Below, in pieces: positions 50,033 through 64,000 of a stretch of 64,000 nucleotides of DNA. A model generated the notes under the pieces. That model was not told the origin of the DNA. It saw only the letters and a list, made by a program, of their open reading frames with translations, and did not search any database. The stretch lies in the NCBI RefSeq assembly GCF_031769215.1, contig NW_026782303.1, forward strand, positions 620,001-684,000, written 5' to 3'. The position numbers were made by a program, and so were the translations under genes. The DNA is from Ylistrum balloti (lineage: Eukaryota). Position 1 is the first letter of the stretch; every line of letters begins with the position of its first letter.

Positions 50033-52857
50033 AGAGCAAGGTATACAACAACTGAACCAACGGGAAAACTAACGATAATCAAATACGTATAAAATGATAA
50101 TAATAAGATAAAGCAAGATCAAATAGATATAATATAAACGTCTTAGAAACCTGAATGAAGTTCGATACACAAGTGACACAAAAGTTAGACCGGCACAATG
50201 CATTGTAAACGTGGAAGAGGACCATCGATTTACTTGGTCACCATTCATAATCTGTCACTGTCTTTGAACACTTTTGGTTATATTTCTCCCTGGAAATCGA
50301 GTTAGACAAGGTAATACTGTTTTGATTACACCTTTTTCAAAACAGGAACAGATGGGCCATTGCTAAGTAAGAACTTGGCATGCATCCTGCCAATAGGTAT
50401 CGAAATGCTAAACTGAGTATTCATTGATTCTTAGGATAATATATTTCCAGCAGAGACATTAATAACCAATATGTAGTAGGTATTAAGTATGAATTGTATC
50501 AGGTAGTCGCACTCAATGATACAAGTAAATAAAGTCATTGAAACATAACCCTAAAAAACTTACTCATTTTTTGTATCAAAAGAAAACAAAACAAAAACAA
50601 GAAAAAACAAAAACACAACATTGTTCCTATATATATACTCAGTATACAACTAAATACTAAGTGCAATATCACTACAATATTACTATAAGTTAAAGAGTAA
50701 ATATGCAGAAATGAAATGACCTGGAATGACTAAAACAAGAAATCGCAGGTAATATTGTTGAATATCATGGCAAACGAACCGGATATAAAGCATAAAGTAT
50801 TTATCTGTCAAGTACATTGCACGAAAACAGTCACAAATAAATATTCCATATGAGACATATATCAGGCAAACATAAAACACTCACTACACAGTTAAAAACA
50901 GAGTGACCTTGCTATGTCATATCTTGACAAACTGGCCGATATCTAGATTTTTAAATACGTTACTTATTTCAAAGAGAAGATCAAAAGTTTGACATTATCT
51001 CAAGTAGACTGTAAGTCGATACAGTCATAATCAAGAAAACCGAATATTTTTACTGTTTCAAGAGGAAGTTTAACACTTGTTATGCTAGTGCAGTCAAATA
51101 AAATATGTTTTACTGTGAATGGTTCAATTCAATGAGGCAATGTCTCTGATGATAAAAGGTCATTTTCTATTTTCTTTCTTTTTTCTTATTTTTTCAAGCT
51201 CTCCGCATTGCTGATTAATCCTACAAAATATATTGTAGATAATATTCTCATGCGTATTGTACAATGTTCTAGATTGCAGTTGGAAGCCACAGCTGGCGGG
51301 TATTTGCGGCAATCTGCAGGCCACGTTTCAATTCATTCATTAGTAGTACGAATAACACCTCTAAATACAATATTATGTTGACTGCACCAAACAGCTCTTT
51401 TGTCCTTCTAGGACTCGTCAATGATAGTACGGACCTGGCATTTGAAACCTAGGAGGCGAGTAACGAAATCCAAATTTGATCGCAATAACGATGTTTGTTG
51501 ATTCATAGTTTATAGCACATCCCCATAATAATTTTATCATTTCTTCCTCTATTTCTAAACGTCGCCTCCAAGGTTTCACAATTTAGGCCCAGCATGGTGT
51601 ACTCTGATTCGTTATTTGTCTTTACTGTATTTAATTCTAAATCTGTATTTAAAGGTGTTATAGGATTACGTTTCGTTTGTACAATAATAACAGCTATTCT
51701 ACCAAAAAATATTGCCAACAAAATGGAAATTGCTTTTTCATTATTATTCCAATAGCATAAAATTAATAGAATGAACGGATGGTGATAATGTATGCCTTTA
51801 GATAGATATTATATCATATCGATATGTTAGGATATCAAACTTGATTCAATCCATGCATTGTCACAATATCAATGTATCTTTTTCTTTTATTATATTTTCC
51901 CCACAAAGTTTACGTCGGGACACTGCACTCTTACCTAACAAAGATGTCAAAGGCGCATTTCAACATTGGAAAAAAAGAATGTCTGATAAATTGATGCTTT
52001 CACATCACTTGTAAAGCTTAGTAAATACCACAGACAGATAAAATTGTCCCCAAGCAATTTCCTGCAACTCATTGTTTGTTCAACGCATGTATGTTGGCAG
52101 ACGGTGGCAACAAATCTGTAAGTAAAGTGGATAGGTCAATAATTTAACAGCTGTGAAGTATTCTGTCAAGTCTAGCTCATGTCAAATCAATGTACAATTT
52201 GTGAAAAATCGTTTTCACAACGTGTTAATAAAGCAAACAAATTTCATGTGCACACTCAAAATGTTTTCGCTTCTTTTACCATCGAACTTGGTGCTGAAGT
52301 ATGATGGAGGTAAATCGGTCTAACGAACAATTTAATGAAAGTGCATGGTAACTTGGGGAGACAAGTAAGGCACAAAGGATGAAAAAAATCATAGAACGAA
52401 AAGACTAGGAGAAAAGGATGAAGATCCCAATGTTTGTAACGGCGGTCAGAAGGGAAAAAACCTTTCAGGCTGACGTCCTCGGCTAACAAAGTACCAGGTC
52501 GGACTGGCTGGAATACATGTGTGACTATTCCTGGCCCATGAGCTGGTGGAAAATGTCGTCTTTGTGTATAAATGACCCGATATAGAAATATTACCGAGTT
52601 CATGCATTGATAAGTTCAAAAGTTGTTAAAGATTAGTTAGTAGGCCTGACACAACTACACGACCTGCACTGCATTTTTCAGCGATAAAATGTGAATAATA
52701 AAACAAAATATAATTGAAATATTGAAATAAGTATGATATATTAGAACGCTATATGAAAAATTCACTAATTTCTGATTACTTGCAATTGAATTTTGCTAAA
52801 ACAAAAAGATCGTAAATGGCAAAGTGCTACGGTGGCAGCCATTGAATACACACTGTA

Positions 52858-53783
52858 CAGTTTTGGGATCGCACAACGTTACACGATGTGCGCACGATAG
52901 AAAAAATGGACGAAATAGGCTATCGCATATTTGTGCGGAAGTTGTGCGATTCTATCATTGTTGATATAAATTTTGAAATGACTTATAAATAAGTGTGGGA
53001 AAGGGGTTAATTTTTTTTCTAAATATATGAATATAAAATTAAGTATTTTTCCTAATGAAGCCATATAGTTTGGACATTTGTAGATATATCAGATACGCAC
53101 TGAATAGTTAGATACAAATGTAATTTTTTTTTTTTTTTTTGTTTACAAAGAGCCATACATGACCGGCCTTACGGTACGGACAAATATTATATATACATTA
53201 TATATGTGAACACTAAATAGGCGTCTCTTTATGTCACAGCAATGAATCTCTTAAAATTTTATAACGTCAGAAAGGAAATTTTATTTTCATTACTTTTCTA
53301 TTACTCTCATTTTTCGTCAATTATGTAAACAAAAAAATATATGATCAGTAAAATCTTAAGTGTTACACGTACGACCCAGCCAGCGCGGATCTAGACCTGT
53401 TACGTATATACCCGTATGCAGGTAAACTGTTGTTGCCCGATTCACCACTACTCGCCACTTTCTGAGTGGTAAAACTATATTTTGTAAGACTTTTTATTGT
53501 ATGTCCACTATTATTTCGAAAACTGTCGAATCAAAAATTGAAAAATTACTTATATAACCACCTACCAATTCTAATGTTCGTGTGATCGCTATTTAGTAGT
53601 AGCTTCATGAATATTCCGTTTCATTTTAATCCTTAATATTAGCCAACCATTTTTAACAAATCGCACAAAATGTGCTATCCTTTCGCACAGTTCTGCGCAC
53701 GATAGTGTATCGTGCGTGTGTGCATACGATGTATGCAAGATGTACGCACGACGGTTTTGGTGCGTTGTGCGTTACAGCAACTG
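52858..53783. mobile_element. Non-autonomous TIR element of Tc1/mariner type (926 bp, TA-flanked)
   Basis: Left end TA|CAGTTTTGGGATCGCACAACG; right end reverse complement TA|CAGTTGCTGTAACGCACAACG (16/21 identical). Further inverted subterminal matches (CGCACGATA; ATxGCAxATTTGTGCG). No transposase ORF. Confidence 0.65.
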
Positions 53784-55116
53784 TATATAGCTCGAATAAC
53801 CTAGCATGATCGATGTAACATTTTCAGTGGACGCAAACCTTTATCTGTACAATAACATAATTGTCATAAAAATCTTAAACTGTGGATTAAACATCAACAG
53901 TGAGGAAAGCTGCCCTGTGTTTTGTTTTTCGATTTCAAACTGCTAATTATTTTAAGAATGATGGATCGCATGGACTGAGCCCACTTAGGAAATTAATCCA
54001 ACGCAGCATGCCCTCGTCTAACCATTTCTCTGGCATAATTTTCAACGGAATTCATAAGTATGTTAAAATTCATACATCAATTAACGGTTAGGTTTTCCCG
54101 ATATTTATTACTCTTCATGAAAAGCTCTCGTGGCTCAACATCTTGGATAATGCTTCAAGAAAGAACATATGACAAATTAAGTCACATCTGCAATGATGTT
54201 CTAATTCGTATGCTCGATATGTAGTGCAACTAACACCGATTTATATACATGATGTTACATGTGCGTTGCAACATGACACAAATCATATATTTTCTTTTCA
54301 AATAAATATCACTGAACTAAATGTCAATAAAAAAGATAAAATGTTGTAGATACTATTCGAAAGCAGTACGAAAAAGACCACACTAATCCTTAGCTGTTTT
54401 TGATGTCTCAGCTCTGGATGTGCAGAGTCTACAAGCACTGCTTGGCACGCGAGAGATGGAGAGATATCAAACTCCTTTGATGATCAGACGTTGCATCAAT
54501 GCACGACTCAGATGGACATTTTCCATTTTGAGTAGGACCGGATGAAATGACTGGGAAATCATGACCCCGGAATAGATCATATAGGTTTTGTCACATGCAA
54601 GTGCTAGCGTGAAGGTCAAAAGAATATACATGTATTTATAAAGATGAAACAGACAAAAATCTCAAGTCCTGTCGCATCGTACAATTACTACGATCTGCCA
54701 ACAGAGCTGGTCATAAATATGATTATCCGTGTCTTTAATTTCAGTTTTTTTCGGTTTAGAGATTTTTTAAAAGATTTTATAGATAATACAAAATGAGCTA
54801 TTAGTTGTAGAAGAAAGATACCTAAAAATTGGATCGTAAAATCTCTAGATTTCGAAGTTGGCTTAAATTGATTTTCTTAAGTCTTACTCTTGTTGTAAAA
54901 ACGAAAAAGTGTTGTGGAAATGAGATGTAGCTGATGTAGGCCCACTTGTTATATTGAGTATTTTGTTGCCACTCTATGTGAGCGATACAATCTTCGCAGA
55001 CAAGGGACAATTGTTTAAGTGGTTCAGTGTTCCGATGCAGAATGATGGTAATGGTGCTTAAACTGCTAATAAACAAGTAACCGCGTGCATCATTAGTATG
55101 AAAGCACTTGCTATGA

Positions 55117-55215
55117 TTTGAGAACGTGACATTACTTACTTGGATTGACCAATGTTTACATGGCAGTTGCCGTCGATGAAGCAGAGAACACCTGGTCTTA
55201 TCTACGTTTTCAGGA
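55117..55215 (+). mobile_element. Penelope-like 3' non-coding module (internally deleted)
   Basis: GAGAACGTGACATTACTTACTTGGATTGACC..GTCGATGAAGCAGAGAACACCTGGTCTTAT. Confidence 0.65.
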
Positions 55216-55999
55216 GAATATGTTTATGACATTTTCGCAAGCAAAATAATCAAGTACTGTCATATTTAGGACCGAAAAAGGGACAAAGCTGACTATACTT
55301 TCGCGGACTCTACTCGTAGTTTTAACTTGGCACAATATATAGTCCGTTTGAAAAAAAAACAGCAAAAATATATAAGCTCAAAAACAGATTCAACGTAAGT
55401 TTATTTTTTCATATTTGCATAGAAAATATTACCCATCCTTGTCATCGACAGACAAAAATTGCTGTCAAGCGTTAAGAGTGTTTAACAATAATGATCTGTG
55501 ACAAGTTACTATGCGTTTGAAAATATGGCGGCAGCCTAAGTAGTAGTGTCGCTGTCATATATCTTCTTGAAATGTCCACTTTGTATACTTGAAATATCTG
55601 AGTCACTGGTTTCGATTGTTTTCCGACTTCCGTGGAAATAAATGATTACTATGGAGTTATAGGGCGTGATACTAATAGCCAATCCTGGCCTTAAGATGTC
55701 TTTGTTTTTTTCTTCTTATACCGGACTTTATGAAAATGAAATGCATTCTATTTATGCCTACGGCGCTACATAAGAGTTTTCTAATATATTTTGTGTTATT
55801 TCATACACATATATATGCCATATAAATATACAATTTACAGCTGTTTGGTTCCAATGATAGTATTTTTGAGTGTCAGTGTGTATTGTTTGATTGATTGAAT
55901 TCGGCTTTGAAAGTCACCATGTCAAGGGTCAAACTTGTCAGAAGGCCCAGCAGGAAGTCCAGTACAGTATCCATTATCAGATGGATTGTGTAGACTGTG

Positions 56000-56330
56000 T
56001 CACTGTATGGTCGCAATATCCGTTTCGTTGAGGAATATTCTATTTCATTGTGCGATATGAATCTGAACACGCTTGGTGCTCCTTACTTTGCCTGTTGATT
56101 GTCTTGTTGTATACCTCGTTTAGGAATGTGAAATTACTTACTTGGATCGACCAGGATTTACATTGTGGGTGTTGTTGATAAAACATAAGACGCTAACTCT
56201 TCCTGAACATCCGGTCTTGTTCCCCATTTCAGTAGTCTGTGTGTTAATCGTTATTTTGTTCATAATTCGTCTTAGTTTTATTGAATTTGAGTTTGGATCA
56301 CGATTTCGTTTACATCTTGCTATTTTTATT
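56000..56330 (+). mobile_element. Penelope-like 3' relic
   Basis: LYGRNIRFVEEYSISLCDM followed by the shared module and a TTGAATTTGAGTTTGGAT tail. Confidence 0.65.
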
Positions 56331-58292
56331 TGTTTTCCTATTTTTTGTTTGTTTGTTTTAGTTTTTTCTGCTCTTTACTTTACCAACGGCAAAGTGAATT
56401 GCTGTTTAAACTAAATAAACTGTCTATCATAATCTTATATTCTTAAATAAGGAGAACTACTGTGTCTAGAGTGCACCTTTTTGATGTGTTGAGACCAATA
56501 TCAGTTTTTTGTCAATACTAGGAAAGAATAAAACAAAAATCCTTAATTACATATTTGTCTTTTGGCCCACTACCTGATAAATTAGACGTTCCAGTAGATT
56601 TTACAGTTTAGCGTTAGCATCATCAGTTCTATGTTTAATTTCAAATACAGTTAAATTCTACATTCATAATATCAATATATTTTAATTCCAAAATTGAAAT
56701 TGCAAATGGTACATTTAGAAATATTCACAAAAAATTAATATGATATGCAATTTGAAAACAGTATTACGATTCATCATTTAAATCGTTTGTTTTTGTATCA
56801 TGAACAGCCCGCATGTTTTTACATGTATAACAGCAGACATCAAAGTAATGCGGAAAGGAAATGCCGATGTTTGACCTCGTACCAGCCATCAACAGTGTTG
56901 ACCGGTAAGGCCTGGCCTTGTTTAATTTTGTATAAACACACTAGTATGGCCGTGTTTCAGGTATACATATCTTATCTTAACGACTCTTTTAGTAGTAAAT
57001 GACAGCTATAACAGGCAATTTCCTTGTATATAAGTTTGTATGAAGTTTATCTACTGCGATTTATTACCAGGCCCTTATGTACAATTCACATCGTAATAAT
57101 GGCATGGTCGATATTTTATTGGTTCTCCTGGTGTTCCACACTTCTTTACGATGGTCTAAAGTGAACCGATTATGATACTCTTACATCAACCTAAAGAGGT
57201 GTACCACTTCATGGCTCGCTCGTTATCGATCAAAACTTCAATTCAACTTGAACCGATTCGTAAGAGAGTATTTAACTATTACACTGCAGTAACCTCAACA
57301 GTCTCATGGCGATCACGTATGTTGGAGCACACGTGGGTAACGATTCGTGTATGTGCGTCGAGCATGAATGTGTTGCTATGTGGAGAGGTGCGTTACAGAA
57401 GAGAAATGCGAACTGAGACTGGAGTGATACGGTAAATTATTAACTCCTAATAAAGAACAGCTAAAAGTGATTTCTGTTGACGCGGCGGTATATTTATATG
57501 AAAAAAGTACTGCATTCTACGAGTAATGATAATACTTATCTACGTTAATTAATATGTATTATGAAAGAACAATGAGGATTATTGATTAATTCGAATCAGT
57601 GAAGATGTTTTGGATGTTTAGATAATACATCATTCACAAATCCTAAAAGAATGTCATAATTATTCCAGCGTGTGTATGTTTGAACTTCTTCAGCAAACAC
57701 TTGTGAGTGGAAAAAATATTGGACAAAATTATTCTAACAAAAGTAAGTATGTGTTTACTTCAATCCTTGATGCCAATTTCAGAAATGTCTTTAAATTTCC
57801 ATGCATGTAGTATTGACAAAGTTTGGTCAGTTCAAGCTAACTGTAACATACCTTTTATTGTGCTTAAATGTAATTGTTGGCCGCTTAAAATTTAAGAAAC
57901 ATGAAATACATGTGGAGGTTGACAATACATTTAATATTTGAGACAATCCTGTAAGCCAGTTTCATATGATTAGAAGTGGTTTGATCTGTCTTTTGTTGCC
58001 AATAGAAATGATCGTGGTCGTCTATATTTTCAACCAATTTCATAAACTTTAATTTGCAGCAATATTGTTCCAGATGGCATGCATTTCAATAAAGATTGAA
58101 TTCACACTTAAAAGGAACTTATATTCGGTTTTCGACGTATTCTTGAATTAACACATATATCTGCCGACAATCTAATGAAACTGATTATTACTAATGAAAT
58201 GTATTCTGAAGTGCGAGAACAGCAGGAATCGTATGCTTATAATTAGAAAGGATGTTATATTTGTGATTAAATCGGGCTCAAATCTTCCAAGT

Positions 58293-58324
58293 TATATATA
58301 TATATATATATTATATATATATAT
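58293..58324. repeat. (TA)n microsatellite with one interruption
   Basis: TATATATATATATATATATTATATATATATAT. Confidence 0.9.
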
Positions 58325-61300
58325 TAGCTGAGCGAAACGTGGGGCGGAGCAGCCATCACAAAGGTAAAAGAAGTGTCGACTTCAAAGTAAACATATACAC
58401 ACATATCACTTGACACAGTACACCTAACAGAATTATATGTATATATAGATATGTAGATATATATATATAACAATGTATCTAAATCGTCCTATACAGAGTC
58501 TGTTTGATTCACCGATGAACGTACACGATAGAAACAGGAAATAAGACGTAACACTATAAACTCGTCAAACACTTAAATAATAAGGCTTTACTTTATATCA
58601 TGAACTAATTAGACATGGTTTTGAAATGTATGGCATATGTTAACATTGAAACGAGGTATACATATTTTGTATCAATTTTAATGCAATTTCATCCGATTCT
58701 TCCAAATATAAAAGAGGATTCCATATCATAAACTAGGTGAACCTTGAGCATTTTGCTGTATGAAGATATACAATACTTCGAATTACACTACAAATGGCCG
58801 GGAAAGTATGAACATTATACTTAACTCTGTTTTCCAGGTATTGTTTTACCTGAAATTTACACCTTTTTACCCAGTGACGTGGGTAGCCCACATCGGTCTT
58901 GTCACAAGATCAACATTGTCAAAACAGCCTGTAGAAATATACCTGGAAGCTTCAATCGTGCGTTTTACCTCCTTACGTGTAGCTTAATATCTAAATGTTA
59001 CATACAAATCGACATTTATCTGTTTATCTATACATATTTATGTATTATTCAATTGTTCTCTAGAAAATATGATGACGCCATCGTTAATTTAAAACTTATT
59101 AGAAATGCATTCAAATTAATGAAAGCGGATCCCACCCACCCCTTTCTTTACGATACGGGGTTTAAGATTGGAATTGACAACAAAATGCATGAACCCATAT
59201 GAACAAGTATGTAGTTTGTGTACCAAATCTTGTCTTGAATGGTTGCATTGATTAGAGGTACAAGATTCTAATGTTATTTTATACATTATACTGTTACCGT
59301 AACAAACAAGTTGGACGAATGTTGTACAGAGAGAACTGCCTGTTCAAGTCGTAAAAAATAATGTAATGTATCCATGGCCCATTTGATAAGGCTAACGCAT
59401 CTTATCTATTGATATGCTCCTCCGTGTGGATATGCTGGTATGGATTTCTACCTTGTTAATAACATTTAACCATTAAGGAAGTTCGTTCTGAAATGAAAAG
59501 TTAAAATATCACGTAATTTACATTCTATACTTCAAGTCTAGGTCAATTGTAGCCCACCAGATGACTACCTGCTAGTGTCATACCTGGTAAGATGATTTAA
59601 GGTGTGTCTTGACCTCTTTGTATCAGCACTTGACATTTCGTTTTGGTCCATATTATCTTTTTTCTGAGGAGTTGGTTACATAACGTTTTCTCTTGCGTCA
59701 TTGCTTTACTTTTGCCTCATACATGTAGGATTTATTGGACGTCTATCCAAATGACCATCGTGAATGAACCATTGTCTAGGCGCTAATGTCCTTTTTGTGT
59801 GACGATGGGCTGTTACGGACATCAATTAATTCCGCTTGATGTTTGAAGGACATTTAAGGGTATATGTTTATTATTTCTGAAAACATTGTACCAAATATAG
59901 TTCAATTTACAATACAGCGTTCGAACTAAATCAAGATTATTTCGGTTTATACGACATTATATACTTCTAATTAGTGTGAACTTTCGGATTTTTCTCAGGT
60001 TCTATCACGTGTAACGTAGTGCTATTTTGATCGGCGTTCGGTTCACGTCGTAGCTTTATTCTAGCCTGTCGGAACGTATACAGAAGATGTTTTGAACACT
60101 TCTGTTCTGAAAATTGTACAAAAGACACACTAGTAAATATCACCTTTAACCAATAATCATGACAGATGGAATAATGGTAATAATATTCAATATAATATAT
60201 ATATATGGGGGGTCTCCGTGGAAAGTCTTCCTTTTGTTCATACCTTATTGAATTTGAGTTTAGATTATGATTATGTTTACATGCTAGCATTTTTGTCTTA
60301 GTGTGAAAAAAGTGCCAGATTCATATTGTGTATAATATGAACCTTGCTACTTTTCGTTTAGATTAAAACCTTGTGTTCGTGTAAACTCCGAGGACCATAA
60401 GTCCACCAGCAATGTCTACCGCTTGCAATATCAAAGATTGCACAAAAGACACGCAAGTGAATAACGCCTTTAAAAACAACTTTAAAATTAGATACACTAG
60501 AACCGAATAATGAATTCAACTGTACCATACAGCTGTTTCGTCCTTATAACACTCGTCAATAAAAAAAACCAATTCTTCCACTATCGCTGGTGATTGCATT
60601 GTCCTCGTCTTGACACGTGACTTTCTTCCTTATATTGACAACAATTTAAATGACAGGCAGGGTAGTAAACGCTGAGATGCAGAAGTTACGTACCCTTTAC
60701 GAACACAAGTTCTTACAATCCTCTAAGGTTTTCATAAGTCTCCATGTAAATCTTTCCTTTCTTGTTGTTTCAAATATTTGCATACATATTCTGTAGAGAT
60801 GACGATAATTCCTTGATGTTTTTTATGGCTGATATTGTCGTCACTGGACCGACAGTGCAATCGCCTGTTATAAACTGTACAGTGCATGACTCCAAATAAC
60901 TACAAAGAGTACGCGGATTAAAGAAAAAATGTCTGGAGATGTTTCGGTGATACTTTATTGTATATCTGTTGTTTGTGTGATGTTAAGGATTATTTATTCA
61001 ATACATCAAATGTATCTTAACACCAACAAGAATTGTCCACGTCAATACTACTTTGAGTGCATTAACCGGAATCAATAATTGGATTTCCTGTAGATTAACC
61101 GGAATGAATAATTAAAGAATGCTACATAGTTTAAATTAAAAGAAACTTCTCTACTGGACATAATGTTAATTCATTAAATTATTTTTGTTTGTATGGTGTT
61201 CGTTCGTAATGGAGAATAATGCAGCTACGAAGCCATTCTATATTCTGTGTCACAAGGCAAAGCTTAGAACTTCTAGAAACTGGCTTACAAGTAAAATAAG

Positions 61301-61499
61301 TCAGAATCGATGTCACCAAAACAGGGTTAGAGCTCTTTTTGCTGAAGATTTACAGTGCACTGCTTCATTAACCACACTCCTTGTTTTGAAATACCTGTGA
61401 CCTCATTATATAACGAAGAACGTTCTAATGGAGTATTAGTTATCACGATGTCGAATCCACATTTTACGATTTGCATGGTTTATGATCGATAACAACAAA

Positions 61500-61985
61500 T
61501 ATGTGTTACCAACATATGATGCTTATATGTCAAAGTTAATTCGATTGCCCCATATAACCCAATTTTCATGCAAAAAGACAAGTAACATATACAAAGTTTA
61601 GAGACATACAGGTTGTTGGTAGGTTATGACGAACGCGTACCTTCGACATAATGAGTTCTTTGGAAAATATTCTATTTCCTTCTGCGGTAAGACGATTGAC
61701 GTGTTCGTTGCTTGTTAGTTTGCCTGTTGATTTCATTGTTGTTTACATTCTTAATTAGGAACATGACATTACGCGCTTGAATTGACCAGTATTGCCATGA
61801 AGAATTGCATTGATGAAACAGAGGACGCTTACCCTCCAGTGACAATTAGTCTTATTTCTCTTGTATTAATTGATAAGCTTGCGGGTAAATCTTTTGTTCA
61901 TATTTCATCTCCGTTTTATAAAGTATGAATTAGAATTAAAATTCTGTAGATAAGTTGGTATTTTCTTAGTCATTTTGATAAGAAC
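61500..61985 (+). mobile_element. Penelope-like 3' relic
   Basis: TYDAYMSKLIRL and LRHNEFFGKYSISF, then GGAACATGACATTAC..GATGAAACAGAGGACGCTTACCCTCC. Confidence 0.6.
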
Positions 61986-64000
61986 ACCATCTGAATGTTT
62001 CTTATGACAGACACGGATTTCTAAATGGAACTGTGTCGATGAGCCTCTCGCTAATATACCGAATGTAAACCAGTATGTCGTGTCGGCCTATTTACTATAA
62101 AATGAAATCAAGTATACCAGATCTTTTCTTTAATGTAACCGTATTTGGTGGTAACTTGTTTGACATGAAAGTACTGTAAGAAATACTAGTGACAAGTAAT
62201 ACAGAATACCAGGCCGGAACAAACTTCTTTTTGCACATCAAATGTACAAATTTAAAACAACGTACCTATTGTTTGTACATGACACACCACCTCGCCAAGA
62301 TCGACCCATTCCTTAAGTACGACGTTCAAGTGACAATTATGAAAGAAACCAGGATAATCTGTTTTGTTTGATCAGATCAAGAGTCAAAATGTAATTTCAA
62401 ATTGACATGCTCTTGGTACAGAACCTGCCGTGACTTATAATGCACGAGTTACAGCCAGGACACATCCTTTCCTTGATGTAAGTCAAAGGTCAAAATATTG
62501 ATAGTTACCTACATAAAAATCATGACGCACGTTCCCGCCCAGGCGAGCCCATGCTCTTTCAATGACTTTCAATTGAAATGCGGACCGTTACATAAGCCCC
62601 ATAAAATATTATATAATTATGTTTACTGAAATAGGAAATCATTGTACTCCAAAGCTAAGTTTATCTACACTAGTGCAAGGTACATGGCCTCTGGTACACA
62701 TATATCACAACAAAGAGACACCCATGCAGTAAAAACACGGCCTTTCAACAAGCGCTCTAGCAGACAATGCTGGACGTGTACATACTTATAAGAAGTGATA
62801 CTCAACATAGGCAAGAAAGGTGGGGAGAGCATTGACATACATCGTTAAGAATATCAAAGTTTCAAAGTTAAAGTATTTGTGGCGGCCATTCATCGAAACA
62901 TTTATCGCACCATTATGTTCTTTACATTCAATCACACCTTTATATTTTTATCAACAAAATTGGACAGTAATTAAATTTCAGCGGTAGTCGTGACCATCAT
63001 GGATTTGAGGGGAAAAAATCTCAGCCCCATCTTTACATCAATATTTTATCTTTTATTTTCATTTTTAAATTTTAGCTAATTATAGGCTTTTGCGGCCATA
63101 CTGATATCCATTTCAGAAAAGAAAAGTCGAAAGCACAACCCAACCCCTAGGCATATATGTTCATGCAGAATTCTATTTTGATTCGACCATCGGTTTTTGA
63201 GAAATTTGTTGGACATAACGAGCCAGAAAAGAGAAAACTAGAATTTGTTAGCAAACAATTTTATAGGCTTCTTACATATATTCATCCTCTTACCTTAAAG
63301 GTCAATCAATCATTTCCGCAAACATGATAGCAAATCATATCTAAACAAATTAAATATAACATTTCTAGACTCTAGACTGTTCAACTTCAGATGATGTATT
63401 GGTGTTGTCAATATTCTAGGCCTTTGAGAACTTGAGAAGAATCTTTAAGGTATGTTACCAAAATGAGCACTTCTGTATCTTGACATCTACCGAAAACCTG
63501 AAGTTGACTAAGTATAGTTTATAGTGTGTCTTTCTTTCGGTATGCAGCTAGCAAAATATCGTCATTCTGTGCATTTTGCTTATTGGTTAGAGAATTCATC
63601 TCGAGATTTCAACCAAATCAACCACTGTGACCTTGACAGAGGATGAAGATCATAACCATTGACCGCAGCTTCTGATATAGCAAATAACAATACTTTAAAC
63701 TTTGCATAACTTAAAGAAGTTTTTCAGAGTTTGTTACCCAGAAAAGCACTTTTCAACTTTGACCCCGAAGAGAACTTGATTATGTTTGAATTTGAAAATT
63801 ATTCATCTGGAACCTGTTTTTAGTTAATTTACAAAACATATCAAAACCTGAATAAATTGGTTACGCAGTGCTTGAATTATAGCAATGTAGGTAAAAACGA
63901 CGTCATACATGGCGGTCATTATGAACTCACTGATTCAATTTAATGCGATGACGGTAAGTTTTTCGTAAGCAATGTACTTTCAGAACCATAGAGTTGGCAA

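Noticed and set aside
55117-55215. SECIS element in the PLE 3' module (some Naiad PLEs encode selenoproteins)
   Set aside because: ATGA is present, but I could not find the apical AA at the expected spacing or a paired GA quartet; copies are too decayed to interpret TGA codons.
61061-61113. 20-bp direct repeat (1 mismatch) separated by 13 bp
   Set aside because: Only two copies; most simply a small local duplication.
62990-63860. Degenerate HINE/satellite-like modules (e.g. similar stretches near 63430 and 63710)
   Set aside because: Similarity is too weak to set boundaries or a family by eye.

Overview
AT-rich, repeat-dense eukaryotic DNA. The repeat families (Penelope-like RT relics, Helentron-associated HINE-like elements, CORE/V-domain SINE relics) resemble those of bivalve molluscs such as oysters; this taxonomic call is inference. 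I found no rRNA, tRNA gene or CRISPR array, and no host protein-coding gene I can recognise with confidence, only weak candidate short exons. The dominant feature is a young Ty3/Gypsy LTR retrotransposon of Gmr1-like organisation (11694-15188, +). It has near-identical LTRs, a tRNA-Leu-type PBS, an intact gag (coiled coil, SCAN-like capsid, CCHC), and a pol fragment with protease followed directly by integrase. Pol is cut off just after the first catalytic Asp and joined to the 3' LTR by a 39-nt pure-purine tract. There is no 4-6 bp target-site duplication. Instead the element sits between two copies of a ~1.45-kb host segment (10241-11690 and 15189-16636), with a precise CA right junction and an irregular left junction. 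The element landed inside an old Penelope-like RT relic whose frame continues only in the right-hand copy. Elsewhere there are about 9 further Penelope-like relics sharing a possibly structured 3' motif, a 221-bp near-perfect hairpin, a 95-bp minisatellite, a 127-bp dispersed direct repeat, a TA-flanked Tc1/mariner-type non-autonomous element, an L1/Tx1 RT relic, HINE and SINE relics, and microsatellites. All alignments and counts were done by eye.
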